Assembly (NCBI GenBank): GCA_963662285.2 | Contig: CAXXMV010000006.1 | Coordinates: 896,001 to 960,000 of the forward strand | Origin: a bacterium | GTDB taxonomy: Bacteria > Hinthialibacterota > Hinthialibacteria > Hinthialibacterales > Hinthialibacteraceae | Reading direction: 5' to 3' | DNA length: 64,000 nucleotides | In this document: positions 1 to 10,156 of the stretch, piece after piece | Layout: each line of letters starts with the position of its first letter | Numbering within the stretch: the stretch's first letter is position 1 | The notes under the pieces: generated by a model | What the model saw: the letters and a program-made list of their open reading frames with translations, nothing else | Told to the model about the DNA's origin: nothing | Database searches by the model: none | Position numbers and translations under genes: made by a program

Positions 1-1403
1 CCTTGTTCAGGTTTAAAGGCCAGATGCGACTCATCGATTTCAAAGGCGCCGAAAGTCCCATCGTTGCCATTGCCGGTCAGGTCGATTAACTGGTCGCCAT
101 CCACTGAGCGGGACGCCCAATAGGCGATCAATCCATTGGTTTTCATGGCCTCGATATCTTCATCTTCCGGCTTGATTTTTAACAAGTTCAGGATTTCTTC
201 TTCGGTCAGCGCTTTATTCCAGATTTTCATATTTTCCATCTGGCCGTCCAGGTGACGGCTGCCCGGTTCCAGGGCGCCGAGGTACAATGGCGCGTCGCTA
301 TCAAGCGGTTGTCCCGGAGCAGAAGATTCATGCTGCAAAATGCCGTTGTAGTATAGCCTTTTGGTTCCATCATCCGTGCGGACACCAACGATGTGAATCC
401 ATTCATTAGCCGGTGGGACAGGGCCGTTGGCGTGACTGTATCCGCTTACATCTTCGACCAGGAACCTAATCCGGTCGTAAAGATAAAAGGTGAATAAGTT
501 GGGCGCCCCGCCGCGGTTCATGAATACCTGATTTTCGTGCATGCGGTCGAATTTTACCCAAACTTCAAGAGAAAACGCGGATAGATTAAATGGCGTTCCA
601 TCCTCGATCTTGACGTAAGTGCTTTGCCCGTCAAATGAGATTCCACCATCAGGCATGAAGGTCAGATTGCTTTGATCAAGGGTATATGTTACTTTGGCTG
701 CATTGTTGTTTCCGGCCAGGTCATTAACCGTGTTATCTTCAACCGAACGTTGCGACCAATAAGATATCAAGCCATCTGATTTCATTTGATCGATATTCTC
801 ATCAGCGGGTTGAGTGGCAAGCAATGCGGCGATTTCGGCTTCGCTAAGCGCGCGGTTCCAGATGCGTAAATTTTCCAGCATCCCATTTAGGTGCCGATCT
901 CCCGGTTCCAACGCGCCAATCATTAAAGGTTCTTCACCATAACGAGTGACTGCTTCCCAGGCGGTTTCAGCAACCAGAATGCCATTATAATACAGTCGCA
1001 CAAAGGCTCCATCAAAGACGCCGGCCACATGCACCCATTCGCCTGCGGGGAAGATTTCGGTTATGGCTGATTCATGGCCATTATCAACATTCTCGACCAG
1101 AAAACGTCCGTTGCCGTTATCGGCGTATAGAGTGAAATATTCTCCTCCGGCGCCCCGTCCGGCGATTTGCTGGCGGCCAGAGTTGTCGCGTAAATTGACC
1201 CAGGTTTCCACTGTAATCGCGTCAACGTTGAAATCATCGACTGTCGTCACCTGTAAAAATTCCGTAGTTCCATTGAGCGAGATGCCGCGTTCCGGTTTCC
1301 AGGTGAGTTTAGATTCATCCAACTGAGCCTGACAGACTGAACTTAAACCCATAATGAATAAACCAACGAAAGTTACGCTCCATATTCTTTGCCAATGTTT
1401 CAT
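1..1403 (-). CDS. Secreted protein with tandem LamG-like (concanavalin A jellyroll) domains; runs off the window edge
   Basis: Not in the ORF track because it has no stop in the window. Manual translation from ATG 1403 (RBS AAAGGAG upstream) gives signal peptide MKHWQRIWSVTFVGLFIMGLSSVCQA. Two repeats follow with LamG hallmarks: ITVETWV..EWVHVAGVFDG..RLYYNG..LMIGA..G.LENLRIWNRALSEAEI and FSLEVWV..EWIHIVGV..RLYYNG..LYLGA..MKIWNKALTEEEI. A third repeat begins at the edge. Confidence 0.85.
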   Translation of the reverse strand, partial: MKHWQRIWSVTFVGLFIMGLSSVCQAQLDESKLTWKPERGISLNGTTEFLQVTTVDDFNVDAITVETWVNLRDNSGRQQIAGRGAGGEYFTLYADNGNGRFLVENVDNGHESAITEIFPAGEWVHVAGVFDGAFVRLYYNGILVAETAWEAVTRYGEEPLMIGALEPGDRHLNGMLENLRIWNRALSEAEIAALLATQPADENIDQMKSDGLISYWSQRSVEDNTVNDLAGNNNAAKVTYTLDQSNLTFMPDGGISFDGQSTYVKIEDGTPFNLSAFSLEVWVKFDRMHENQVFMNRGGAPNLFTFYLYDRIRFLVEDVSGYSHANGPVPPANEWIHIVGVRTDDGTKRLYYNGILQHESSAPGQPLDSDAPLYLGALEPGSRHLDGQMENMKIWNKALTEEEILNLLKIKPEDEDIEAMKTNGLIAYWASRSVDGDQLIDLTGNGNDGTFGAFEIDESHLAFKPEQ

Positions 1404-1451
1404 CGTATTCTCCTTTCGATATAAGCATCCTTATTCATTAAATAAAAATAA

Positions 1452-2003
1452 TTAAGGCCCGAATCGGTATATATCTCCATCGCTTCGCAATCCATTGCTT
1501 AAATCAAACCACAACAGGTATTGTTTTTCGGTGGATTCAAAATCCTGATCCGGCCCGAAACTCATGATACACCATCCACCTTTTTGCTGTTTGATGGATG
1601 CCATGGCCGGATGGTCGAACCAGGTACTCGTACGACGGTGGTTCATAGTGTCCGGTCCCCAAAATGGATAAACCGCGTTTGGTTCAATATCTATGGTGTT
1701 AAAAACATCCCGCACGCTGGCTGACATATATGCCACTGGAGTGGTTAAGCGTTTGAAGCGTAATTGCCGTGGATTGATAAACGTAGTGGAATCTGGCCAA
1801 TAGGTATTGGGGTATGAACCTTCATCGATCATGTACATTTCTATAGCTGTTCCGATAGCTTTCATGTTGCTTTCGGTAGCGGCCACTTTAGCGCGAACCT
1901 GAGCATTGAGAAAATTGGGTACGGCGATGGCTGCCAGGATGCCAATGATTGCTACAACGATCAGTAATTCGATTAGGGTAAAACTGAATTGTCTATTATG
2001 CAT
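1452..2003 (-). CDS. Prepilin-type N-terminal cleavage/methylation domain protein (T2SS GspG-like pseudopilin)
   Basis: FTLIELLIVVAIIGILAAIAVPNF class III signal with E5, LTTPVAY and SFGPD motifs, C-terminal FDLSNGLRSDGDI. Confidence 0.85.
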   Translation of the reverse strand: MHNRQFSFTLIELLIVVAIIGILAAIAVPNFLNAQVRAKVAATESNMKAIGTAIEMYMIDEGSYPNTYWPDSTTFINPRQLRFKRLTTPVAYMSASVRDVFNTIDIEPNAVYPFWGPDTMNHRRTSTWFDHPAMASIKQQKGGWCIMSFGPDQDFESTEKQYLLWFDLSNGLRSDGDIYRFGP

Positions 2004-2110
2004 CTCAATTTCCTGATAAAGATTTATTCATTGAAGAATCGTATGAATTTTTAGAATGTTGCCAGAATCGATTGTATCATAGATTAATTGTTAATACTCA
2101 ACTTATTTCT

Positions 2111-2917
2111 CTATTCGATAATATTATTGGCAGAATTGTACTGTTGATCAAAGGCCTTTTGCCAATCTTCAATGCTACTGTCTTCAGGCAATTCTATACC
2201 TGTAAGAATTTTAAGCGCTTGTTCAATGTCATGCCTATAGATTGATTCATTATTCTTGATCAGGACTTCTAAAAGAATCGGAAAATCTATTTTGGGAGCG
2301 CCATTTTTTGCCAGTATTTCTGTTAGTTGTACTGCGGTGTAAATACTGGCTTGCGAAACAATTTGGCGAAGCTCTGCTAGATCAGTTGGATTGCTTTTTA
2401 TTTGTTGAACTAAAGAGCGCCCGGGGCCATACTCGCTCCAATTGATAATGAATTCCGCGCGCGTCCTGTTGTGATTAGTCCACAATGAAAAACATAATAA
2501 ACTGGCTAAAGCGATGCCGCCGGTTATTGAAACGGTAATGTATTTAATTCTTTGTTTCTTATCCCATTTGTTGCGAACATTTTTATTTGCAGTATTTATT
2601 GCGAGAAGGATAGGGGGGATTAAAAGAAATAAAGAAAGGAATGGTATATAAATAACTAAACCAATAATTATCACGCTAAAACCAATCAGGATGGCTCGAT
2701 ATCTTATTGGCAGTCCCCATGTATGAGGTATGTGTTTATTTGCGGCATCACAGGCAGTTACAAACCAAATTACCGGAAACAAAATCCAAAGAGTGAATGG
2801 TGGAAGAAAGTAATCGAAATAGGCCATAGCGCAGATGTTGCATGCAGAAGCCGAAACAGGGCATCCAATTATTATCGCAATACCAACTAGTTGTATAAGA
2901 TGTTTTCTACTCATCAA
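2111..2917 (-). CDS. Hypothetical membrane protein (several TM segments, helical C-terminal domain)
   Basis: 268-aa ORF with RBS AAGGAG, hydrophobic stretches and an AT-rich sequence. Confidence 0.6.
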   Translation of the reverse strand: MMSRKHLIQLVGIAIIIGCPVSASACNICAMAYFDYFLPPFTLWILFPVIWFVTACDAANKHIPHTWGLPIRYRAILIGFSVIIIGLVIYIPFLSLFLLIPPILLAINTANKNVRNKWDKKQRIKYITVSITGGIALASLLCFSLWTNHNRTRAEFIINWSEYGPGRSLVQQIKSNPTDLAELRQIVSQASIYTAVQLTEILAKNGAPKIDFPILLEVLIKNNESIYRHDIEQALKILTGIELPEDSSIEDWQKAFDQQYNSANNIIE

Positions 2918-2984
2918 TACTTCTCCTTACTAAATGTTGAGAAGTTCTTAGGCTAAATTATCATCGATATTTTCTTGCATGAAG

Positions 2985-3007
2985 GTCATTTTGAGAATAG
3001 TCATCTC
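2985..3007. repeat. 23-bp direct repeat, copy 1 (GTCATTTTGAGAATAGTCATCTC)
   Basis: Matches 7823-7845 at 22 of 23 positions. Confidence 0.7.
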
Positions 3008-3064
3008 CTCGAAGATATTAGAGCGATTATCAAAAATATTTTCGATTTATTTTCACGTTTGATC

Positions 3065-3098
3065 TTCGTAGAAGCCAATCTTCTCTGGCTTCTACGAA
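3065..3098. terminator. Hairpin downstream of the GH42-like gene, likely terminator
   Basis: TTCGTAGAAGCCA-N8-TGGCTTCTACGAA, perfect 13-bp stem; no strong U-tract. Confidence 0.45.
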
Positions 3099-3113
3099 TA
3101 GCCAATCATAACA

Positions 3114-5459
3114 TTATTGTGAAATACGAATAATGGAATACGGTTCTAAGGAATATGTTTTTCCATCAGGCAAACTCACATCAACACAGGCGTCTCCATA
3201 ATTGATAGCAAGGATGCAACCATCTTGCTGGATGCTGAAAAACACCTTGTCGGGGTGTTGAATGCGTAGCGCCTTTTGGGTAAGCGGGTGAAGTTGATTC
3301 ACCGACAGCAGTACAGTATTGACATAGTCGCCATACAGGCCGGGCGGTTCCATGTCGCCGGGGAAGCGGTGAAACGCTCCCTGCCCTGTATCGCCCCTCG
3401 CCCATTTCTTGAATGTGGTGCTCTTCCCGTTCACTGTTTCCAGATCACCTTTGGGGAAAGATGGATATATTACCGTTCCGCCTTTACGCATCCAGGCGTC
3501 GATTATTTCAAGAACATCGTCATCGATAATCTTACCCCAGGCGAAGATGAATACTTTGTATCGATCCAAAAAGCCATCACGAATCAAGGTCTCATTCAGG
3601 TAATCCACCTCGACATGCTTACGGATTTCCCGAGCGCGTGGATTGAAGCCCCAGGCGTACAAATGGCGAAACGTTCCTTCATCCAATTGGTTCATGGTTT
3701 CGGGATAGTAAATCGCCGCATCAATAACGGGGTCTTGCCGGGTATCGAGTATCGAAAAATGTTCCAACCATTTTTGGATGGCCAGGGGATGATTAAAAAT
3801 ATTGGAATGATAGGTAAAGAAATGATCGCCGTTGGTCACGGTGGTGTTGAATAGACGTCCAACCGTCCCACGGGCGGTGTGAGAACTGGCCGGTTCAAAT
3901 CCCAGATCGACGCCATATAACCGCGCCGCGGTGGCCGCTAAACGTGTTGCAAAAAAATTCTGTTGAAAACTATCAGTTTCATTGGTCAAGCGAATGCCGC
4001 CGTCAATGGCGATCATAGACTTGGTTTGATCAACGTAATCGGTACCCGCTTCGAGAAAGCCCCACCCGCCAGCGGATTGATAGATATTTGTATCGGGCAT
4101 GGCATTGCGGGCCTGCTGCGCCCACCAATCGCACCACTTAGACATTGAACTGGTATACCAACGCGCCATATCCAGACGACGGCGTTTGGAATAACAGTTC
4201 ATGGGAAGCACAGTTTTGACTTCATCAAATGCCGTAAAGTTTTTGTCCCATGCTACATTGAGTTGTTTGATGTTCTTATATTGATCCTTTACGTATCGTT
4301 GGAAATCTAACTGCGCATAGGGGTCGCCCGCCCAATAGCCGATGTGAATATGCATGGCCTGACCTTTGTAGCCCCAGTTGCCGCCTGCTGGATACTGTGA
4401 TTCCCCATAGTTGCCGCTTGGTCCCAGGCGCACGCCTTGCAGAACCTTCATGGGTTCGTAATGCTTACCAAAGGCATTCAAGACGCGGATAACGTGTTTT
4501 TTATGATGAGGGCTCCAGATACTCTGGATGGGGTTGGATATACCATGCTCCAGGCATTCAAAACCGACGTTCTCATCGCTATTAATGAACCATTCCGGCA
4601 ATGAATAGGCCGAACCGACTATCAATAGCGGAAACCATTTCAATCCATACTGACCGAGTTTTTCTACTACTGCATCATAAAAACTAAAATCGAAGCGCCC
4701 CAGTTCCGGCTCGATCAAATTCCATTTAACGTAGGATTCAATGGCGTTGAATCCCAATACTTTCGCCAGAGGCGCCAGTTCGTGCAGCGCGTCTATTGAA
4801 GATTTAAGCGCTGTGCTATCCGACAAAACCGCTACTCCCGCCGAACAGACGATATCCATCGGTCTCTTTAATTGAACCATAGGCTCAACCTCAACCGGAA
4901 CGGATTGTATGGCCCGCTGCCAGTCGTCTTCGGAAAAATCGTCATGGATCAGGATACTTTTCAAATACTGTAATCCGGTGATTTTAATATGAGGTTTTTC
5001 AGACTCTTTCCATAGCGAAGGTTTTATAGAATTAAATTGAAAAAAAGCGCTTCTGACGCGTTTTGTGTTTAATCGGGTATATGACGCATAGCGGGCTGCA
5101 TTACTCCACTGCCCATTGAAACGATCATCGGACAAGATGCTGCATTCGATAACGCCCGCCTCTAAATCGTGGAATTGCACTTCGATAACAATGGATTGAC
5201 TATCCTGGCAGATAAGCGCATCGGCTTGAAAATCCCATGATGGTTTCACATAGGGATCACTGGTAAGAGGTTGAATCAAGACTCTGTAATCGTCGAAAGT
5301 TTTTGATTGATAATCTGAAGCATTCAATAACCGCAATGCCTGAGAAGATTCAATGGCTTGCGAAGAGAATAGAACACAAGGTTTATTTCCACAATAAACG
5401 GTGTTGCATGTAACCGCGAACAAAAAAACAGATATTAAATAATAACAATGTTTTCCCAT
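3114..5459 (-). CDS. Secreted glycoside hydrolase, GH42/GH14-like TIM barrel (beta-galactosidase-like)
   Basis: Signal peptide; ESYVKWNLIEPELGRFDFSFYD..LPEWF; LGPSGNYGE; LNVAW..F..F; C-terminal region resembling the GH42 trimerisation domain. Confidence 0.7.
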   Translation of the reverse strand: MGKHCYYLISVFLFAVTCNTVYCGNKPCVLFSSQAIESSQALRLLNASDYQSKTFDDYRVLIQPLTSDPYVKPSWDFQADALICQDSQSIVIEVQFHDLEAGVIECSILSDDRFNGQWSNAARYASYTRLNTKRVRSAFFQFNSIKPSLWKESEKPHIKITGLQYLKSILIHDDFSEDDWQRAIQSVPVEVEPMVQLKRPMDIVCSAGVAVLSDSTALKSSIDALHELAPLAKVLGFNAIESYVKWNLIEPELGRFDFSFYDAVVEKLGQYGLKWFPLLIVGSAYSLPEWFINSDENVGFECLEHGISNPIQSIWSPHHKKHVIRVLNAFGKHYEPMKVLQGVRLGPSGNYGESQYPAGGNWGYKGQAMHIHIGYWAGDPYAQLDFQRYVKDQYKNIKQLNVAWDKNFTAFDEVKTVLPMNCYSKRRRLDMARWYTSSMSKWCDWWAQQARNAMPDTNIYQSAGGWGFLEAGTDYVDQTKSMIAIDGGIRLTNETDSFQQNFFATRLAATAARLYGVDLGFEPASSHTARGTVGRLFNTTVTNGDHFFTYHSNIFNHPLAIQKWLEHFSILDTRQDPVIDAAIYYPETMNQLDEGTFRHLYAWGFNPRAREIRKHVEVDYLNETLIRDGFLDRYKVFIFAWGKIIDDDVLEIIDAWMRKGGTVIYPSFPKGDLETVNGKSTTFKKWARGDTGQGAFHRFPGDMEPPGLYGDYVNTVLLSVNQLHPLTQKALRIQHPDKVFFSIQQDGCILAINYGDACVDVSLPDGKTYSLEPYSIIRISQ

Positions 5460-5689
5460 GATGCCTCCATATTATTGTTATAACATAAGAACGCTTGATT
5501 GTATAACAAACGTTCTATATAAGTGAAGAGGTTATCATGCCCGATGTTGATATATCACAACATCCGGTTATTTCGGGTCGCCTTGTTTAATCCAATCGAT
5601 ATCGAATGCTGTCATAGCGACAAGCGTTAGTGTAAGTAATAGGTATACTCGAATCACTGTTTTTCTTATCAATTAATACTTGGTTATAT

Positions 5690-7690
5690 TCATTCAACTT
5701 TTTCACAGATGATATTAGTCAGTTTTAAGCCCAGGCCTTCAGATTTTTCATTCTTGTCAATCAACTTAAACATAAGGTTGTTCTGGCCTTGATCCAATTG
5801 CAGCGTTCCAATATATTTTTCAGGAGCGTTTTCAATATCGGCGCTGTAAAGATCCAATGCGGGGCCTACCGGCGCCTCATCCATGAACATCTGCACGATT
5901 CCCTGATCGGGGCCTTTCACTAAATCAAGGCTTATTTTGTAGGTTCCCGCTGTGGGGAGTTCACAGCTGAAACTGATTGAATGAAGTCCGAACATGGCTT
6001 GACCATTTGTGCTCATAGAAAGATAACGTATATCTTTATTATTGACGTCTTTGCCAGACTCTTTCTTAAGAGTTGCATTTCTAAGCGAGAACGAATAGAT
6101 CGGTGTGTTCCACCATACGGCGAAAATGATCTTTTGCGGATCAATAACCTTTCGCTCTTCAACCGGCGCTAATGCAAAATCACAAGTTGGCCGTTCCATT
6201 GAATAGAGATAAGTCACGCCGCAGTAGTCATTCAATATATCGTTATTGGTTGGAGCGTGCTCTATGGTTTGTAATATATTTTCTTTGTAAGCGTAGGCGT
6301 CTCCCAGCATGATGCGGTAGCCGCCGGTACGTCCCAGGTGTTTTTTGTAGCCCAGGCATCCGCTTAGTGGAAAAGCCCTACTTGTTTCCCAGCGTCCTGG
6401 AACATCGTACCATCCGCCATTATAAAAATCCTCCGACCCTGTTCCATGAACTACCAATTCGCCGTCAATGGTTGTCTGATCGTCGCCCTCGAAGAAAGGC
6501 GTCACGCCTGATTCAAATCCCTGCGATTGCTGGATAACGCCAACTATATGCCCCTGTCCTTTTGTATCAATAAAGGTAAACGGTTTTCCTTTAGTAGTAG
6601 GATTCTCTCTGCGCCATAGCGCATAGAATTTCGCTTCGTTTTTCTTTCTGGCTATAGGCGTATAGAGAATCTCTGCTTCAACAGAGACTTCTTGGTTCAT
6701 TCCCGGTTCGGCGACAAGTTCTATTCTGGCAGACTTATCGTATGGCATGGGGAAATAACAATAGTTAGCGTCGTCGGATGTACCGATGAGTAATGATTTT
6801 GTTGCAGGTTCTCCCCAGGCGTATCCGAAGAAGTCCGCGACAGGGCAATTGATTGCAGGTTTATCATCATTATCCCAGTAGGCCCGAATGGTAATATCGC
6901 GGTTTTTTCCGATAAACGCTTCCGCAGGATTCATGCGGATGCCAACGATTCTTCCCGGTTGTTTCATGTCAAAAACCGTTGCAGTTTTTCCTGGTTGCAG
7001 GGTGACTCTGGATGTGAATTTTTTTATCGAACCTTCATCTGGAGCAATAAAAGCACTGATATCTTTCCCGGCTAAACTGAATAGAGTCTTGGCTTTCTCA
7101 ATTTTTTTAATCTCTGTTGCATCAGGATTTGCAGAAAATGTTTTTATCCCAATATCTAGAGGATAATTTGCGTAATTGATTTGATAGAATTGGATTTTCT
7201 CGGCTCTGATAAATACTTTGCAGGATTTTTCATAACTCAATGGGACGTAACTATAGAAGCCTCCAGCGCCATACCCGGCCAGCGGGCGTGGAAATGTTGG
7301 GTGGTTTCCCATAAAAAGTTCGCGGAATTTCACCGTTATTCGAGGCTGATCTTCTCCATCAAAGTAGAACTCCATCACATCATCGGTCGGGGTTGGAGTC
7401 CATATCCGGTAAATGACGCCGGGGCCTTTCAAGTCGGCCAAAACCAATCCCCCTTCTTCCTTGCGCACGAAAGAATATTGTCCGCCGAATCCATCATTGT
7501 TGCCGCCCGTCCGGTCGTAGCTCGATATGGATGCCGCCTTGATTGATTGCTTCAACATGCCCAGGCAGTCGATCCGGTATAATTCATCAATTCCGGGCGT
7601 TAAGCCTTCATCAGCTGAAGAAACGGCGCCTAAAGTGAAGACCATTAAAACTAAAAAAACTACTGAATTTAATCGTATGTGAGAGTTCAT
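5690..7690 (-). CDS. DUF2961 / GH172-family glycoside hydrolase with C-terminal accessory domain
   Basis: SSYDRTGGNND, GPGVIYRIW, FEGDD, HGTGSEDFYNGGW. Start placed at ATG 7690 (signal peptide, RBS) rather than 7774. Confidence 0.8.
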   Translation of the reverse strand: MNSHIRLNSVVFLVLMVFTLGAVSSADEGLTPGIDELYRIDCLGMLKQSIKAASISSYDRTGGNNDGFGGQYSFVRKEEGGLVLADLKGPGVIYRIWTPTPTDDVMEFYFDGEDQPRITVKFRELFMGNHPTFPRPLAGYGAGGFYSYVPLSYEKSCKVFIRAEKIQFYQINYANYPLDIGIKTFSANPDATEIKKIEKAKTLFSLAGKDISAFIAPDEGSIKKFTSRVTLQPGKTATVFDMKQPGRIVGIRMNPAEAFIGKNRDITIRAYWDNDDKPAINCPVADFFGYAWGEPATKSLLIGTSDDANYCYFPMPYDKSARIELVAEPGMNQEVSVEAEILYTPIARKKNEAKFYALWRRENPTTKGKPFTFIDTKGQGHIVGVIQQSQGFESGVTPFFEGDDQTTIDGELVVHGTGSEDFYNGGWYDVPGRWETSRAFPLSGCLGYKKHLGRTGGYRIMLGDAYAYKENILQTIEHAPTNNDILNDYCGVTYLYSMERPTCDFALAPVEERKVIDPQKIIFAVWWNTPIYSFSLRNATLKKESGKDVNNKDIRYLSMSTNGQAMFGLHSISFSCELPTAGTYKISLDLVKGPDQGIVQMFMDEAPVGPALDLYSADIENAPEKYIGTLQLDQGQNNLMFKLIDKNEKSEGLGLKLTNIICEKVE

Positions 7691-7822
7691 TTTTAGCCTT
7701 TCCTGCCGGTTTATTATTTTCAAAATAAATAGGACTGTTTTGCAGCGCTGGTCCCTTATTTTATAATTGCTCATCAGTCATAATTTCTCAGGGTAAATCA
7801 CCACTGATTTTTTTTCAAAAGA

Positions 7823-7859
7823 GTCATGTTGAGAATAGTCATCTCTACAATGATGTCAA
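7823..7859 (-). promoter_or_regulatory. Putative sigma70 promoter for the DUF2961 gene, containing copy 2 of the 23-bp repeat
   Basis: Minus strand TTGACA(7859-7854)-16 bp-TATTCT(7837-7832); 7823-7845 repeats 2985-3007. Confidence 0.5.
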
Positions 7860-7941
7860 GCAATCTTTTTAATTTAGTGAAACGAAATTAATTTATTATA
7901 ATAGAGATTAAAGCAAACTGTTATTTTAGGAAATAGAGGTA

Positions 7942-9000
7942 ATGATAATGAAAATAAGTAAATTCGCGGCTCTTCTGCTATTTTCTTTGGTATTTGTATT
8001 GATTGCAGATTTTGGATGTATTGCGGAATCTGAAACAGATGCAAAACAACCGAAGGGCAATCCCGCGCCAAAACCGTTGTTTCGCGATCTGGTGTTTGAC
8101 GGCGCTGCTGATCCGGTATTGTGCTGGAACCGCCAGGAGAACAAATGGTTCATGTTCTACACCAATCGCCGGGCGAATCTTTCTGATGCTCCAGGCGTCT
8201 CCTGGGTGCATGGCACTCATATAGGCATTGCTGAATCATCGGACAATGGCGCAACCTGGAAATACCGGGGCATCGCTGACATTAAGTTTGGCGAAGGCGA
8301 CGTAACCTACTGGGCGCCCGAAGTGATCGAACATGCCGGAACCTATCACATGTATCTAACTTATGTACCGGGGATTTTCAACGATTGGAACGCCCCGCGT
8401 GACATAGTGCATTTAACCAGTAAGAATCTCATAAAGTGGGATTATCAATCAACCTTAAAACTTTCTTCCGGTAGAGTTATTGACGCCTGCGTATTTCAAC
8501 TTTCCAATGGAACATGGCGCATGTGGTACAACAATGAAGTAGATCACAAATCTATTTATTATGCCGATAGCCCGGATTTGTACAGTTGGGATGACATGGG
8601 AAAAGCCATCGGAGATCAGCCCGGCGAGGGGCCGATAGTTTTTCGATGGAAAGACGCTTATTGGATGGTGGTTGATGTGTGGCAAGGTCTTGGAATTTAC
8701 CGTTCAACGGATTGCTTGAATTGGAAGCGGCAAGCGGCCAATCTGCTAGAAACTCCGGGGCAGGGAACTGATGATAAAGTGAAAGGCGGTCACCCGGATG
8801 TTGTTGTAAGCGGGGATCGGGCTTTTCTATTCTATTTTACCCATCCCGGTCGGCAGGGCGCCGATGCTGAAAAGGATACTTATGAACAGCGCCGCAGTTC
8901 TATCCAGGTCGTAGAACTTGAATATAACAACGGTGAGATAACCTGTGATCGTGACAAACCAACAAAGATTTACCTAAAACCGGATTCAAAGAAAAATTAA
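7942..9000 (+). CDS. Secreted GH43-like five-bladed beta-propeller glycosidase
   Basis: Signal peptide; DGAADP, YWAPEV, VIDACV, GEGP motifs. Confidence 0.75.
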   Translation: MIMKISKFAALLLFSLVFVLIADFGCIAESETDAKQPKGNPAPKPLFRDLVFDGAADPVLCWNRQENKWFMFYTNRRANLSDAPGVSWVHGTHIGIAESSDNGATWKYRGIADIKFGEGDVTYWAPEVIEHAGTYHMYLTYVPGIFNDWNAPRDIVHLTSKNLIKWDYQSTLKLSSGRVIDACVFQLSNGTWRMWYNNEVDHKSIYYADSPDLYSWDDMGKAIGDQPGEGPIVFRWKDAYWMVVDVWQGLGIYRSTDCLNWKRQAANLLETPGQGTDDKVKGGHPDVVVSGDRAFLFYFTHPGRQGADAEKDTYEQRRSSIQVVELEYNNGEITCDRDKPTKIYLKPDSKKN

Positions 9001-9017
9001 CCTGCAAAAGTCTAGTC

Positions 9018-9051
9018 GTAGGGTGGGCTAAAAGCGACAGCGTAGCCCACC
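9018..9051 (+). repeat. GTAG-type REP-like palindrome
   Basis: GTAG-GGTGGGCTA-AAAGCGACAGCG-TAGCCCACC between convergent genes; relatives at 15432 and 21415. Confidence 0.7.
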
Positions 9052-9070
9052 AAGTTTCACTAATGTCATC

Positions 9071-10045
9071 TCATCCGAAAGCCCTCTTCAAGCATTCCGC
9101 AGCTTCCCGGTGGGCCGCTTTGGCTTGGCTGGTAATTCCGCCCATACCCCAAAACGGGTGGATCATTCCGTTGTAGCGTGAGCACTGAACCGAAACTCCC
9201 GCTTCATGCAGGCGTTTGGCGTAAGCCTCTCCTTCATCGCGCAGTGGATCAAATTCCGCTGTAACCACCAAAGCCGGAGGCAGTCCGCTGAGATCATCCG
9301 CCAGCAAGGGCGAAGCGTAAGGGGATTCGGCTGATGCAGAACCCATATACAACCTTCGAAACCATTCCATCATACTTTTGGTGAGAAAATAACCCTCAGC
9401 ATATTGGCTGTAAGAATCCGTGTCAAACGAAACCATGTTAGTCACCGGATAAATCAGCATTTGAAATACTAAAGGAAGATCGCCATTCTCTTTGGCTTTG
9501 ATCGAGGTTACGGCTGACAGGTTGCCGCCTGCGCTGTCTCCGCCAACTGCAATCCGGTTGGGATCGCCATTATAACGAGCGATGTTTTGGTGCACCCATT
9601 TCGCCGCTGCATAGGCGTCATCCGCCGCTGCGGGAAACGGATGTTCCGGCGCCAGGCGGTAATCCACCGAGACGACTATGCAGTTCACTAAATTGCACAT
9701 AGAGCGGCAGGGAGAATCATGGGTGTCTAAATTGCAAATCACCCAGCCTCCGCCATGATAATAAACCAGTACCGGAAAAGGCCCGTCTCCTGCTGGCGTG
9801 TATATGCGAGCATTGAGTTTATGAGTTACAAGGTCGATTTCGATATCTTCAACTGAATGCACATCTTCAGTGACGCTATTCATCGAACTTATGCCCGATA
9901 AAGCCGCGATGCGGGCGTCGGCCACTGGAATATCCTCAAACAACGGGGCGTTCTGTTTCTTGATTTCTTCAATGCACGCTTTTATATCCGGATCTAAGAT
10001 TCCACCGCTTAAATGCTTTTGTATGATTTGTAATGAACCGCTCAT
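9071..10045 (-). CDS. Alpha/beta hydrolase, HSL-family esterase/lipase (Aes-like)
   Basis: HGGGW oxyanion motif, GDSAGG nucleophile, DPLRDEG, GMIHPF. Confidence 0.9.
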   Translation of the reverse strand: MSGSLQIIQKHLSGGILDPDIKACIEEIKKQNAPLFEDIPVADARIAALSGISSMNSVTEDVHSVEDIEIDLVTHKLNARIYTPAGDGPFPVLVYYHGGGWVICNLDTHDSPCRSMCNLVNCIVVSVDYRLAPEHPFPAAADDAYAAAKWVHQNIARYNGDPNRIAVGGDSAGGNLSAVTSIKAKENGDLPLVFQMLIYPVTNMVSFDTDSYSQYAEGYFLTKSMMEWFRRLYMGSASAESPYASPLLADDLSGLPPALVVTAEFDPLRDEGEAYAKRLHEAGVSVQCSRYNGMIHPFWGMGGITSQAKAAHREAAECLKRAFG

Positions 10046-10156
10046 TCATATCTCCAATCAGTATGTTGTTGATTATTTACATTGATTATTTACTATGTGT
10101 CAAGATTTAGGGGTTTTCCTCTTTATGAATTATGAAAAATATGTTATTAATGTAGT

